Positions 31,892 to 32,000 of a DNA stretch of 32,000 nt are shown in pieces. Both the position numbers and the translations under genes were made by a program. The stretch spans positions 1,050,001 through 1,082,000 of the forward strand of contig NC_018655.1 in assembly GCF_000299365.1 (NCBI RefSeq), read 5' to 3'. Each line of letters starts with the position of its first letter. Positions within the stretch are counted from its first letter, which is position 1. The stretch is from Candidatus Nitrosopumilus koreensis AR1 (lineage in GTDB: Archaea; Thermoproteota; Nitrososphaeria; Nitrososphaerales; Nitrosopumilaceae). Under the pieces are notes generated by a model. The model saw only the letters and a program-made list of their open reading frames with translations, searched no databases and was not told the origin of the DNA.

Positions 31892-32000
31892 TTATAGTGC
31901 TTGGAACTCTTCGCTCCATTTGTGATATGCACGAATCATTTCAGTTGAAACACTTGGTTTTCTTCTTGCCATGATATCTTTGAAATCAGCTGTAGTGAGT
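31892..32000 (-). CDS. C-terminal end of a probable AAA+ ATPase (CDC48/VAT-like); the start is off the window
   Basis: Hand translation is open to the window edge: ...LTTADFKDIMARRKPSVSTEMIRAYHKWSEEFQAL*. The pattern DF..A....PSVS.E....Y..W is typical of the CDC48-type AAA C-terminus. Only 36 codons are visible. Confidence 0.4.
   Translation of the reverse strand, partial: LTTADFKDIMARRKPSVSTEMIRAYHKWSEEFQAL

Overview
The window is an AT-rich, very gene-dense archaeal chromosome segment with short or overlapping gene junctions. I saw no rRNA, tRNA or CRISPR. Gene content includes archaeal-type AspRS, A-type ATPase subunit F, a family-4 uracil-DNA glycosylase, a PIN/ATPase/KH protein, and stand-alone REC, Hpt and HK proteins. 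Together with the composition, this suggests an ammonia-oxidising thaumarchaeon of the Nitrosopumilus type; that lineage call is inference only. Most of the window is housekeeping: carA-carB, ilvB-ilvN-leuA-(small secreted ORF)-leuB, aspS, tldD-udg-mpg, a DhnA-type aldolase with a Zn-dehydrogenase and atpF, a DtxR/MntR regulator, an Hpt/REC/histidine-kinase set, and an orphan Opp/Dpp-type ABC ATPase. The left edge carries a frame-damaged tyrosine-recombinase (integrase) gene next to an isolated GC-rich island, which may mark the border of an integrated element. Five observations deserve a second look. (1) Six frame breaks sit in otherwise conserved genes, four of them exactly at A/T runs of 7-9 nt. 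(2) A 19-codon Leu/Val-rich mini-ORF, bracketed by an 8-bp inverted repeat, lies in the leader of the ilv/leu operon. (3) A perfect 30-bp tandem repeat encodes a basic KSKGNKPNQN tail on the aldolase. (4) A C2H2-like mini-ORF lies in frame just behind a TAG stop. (5) An hpt-REC-PIN/ATPase-KH cluster lies divergent from a sensor kinase. I found no clearly novel multi-gene system such as a defence island; all functional claims come from reading motifs by eye and need database confirmation.
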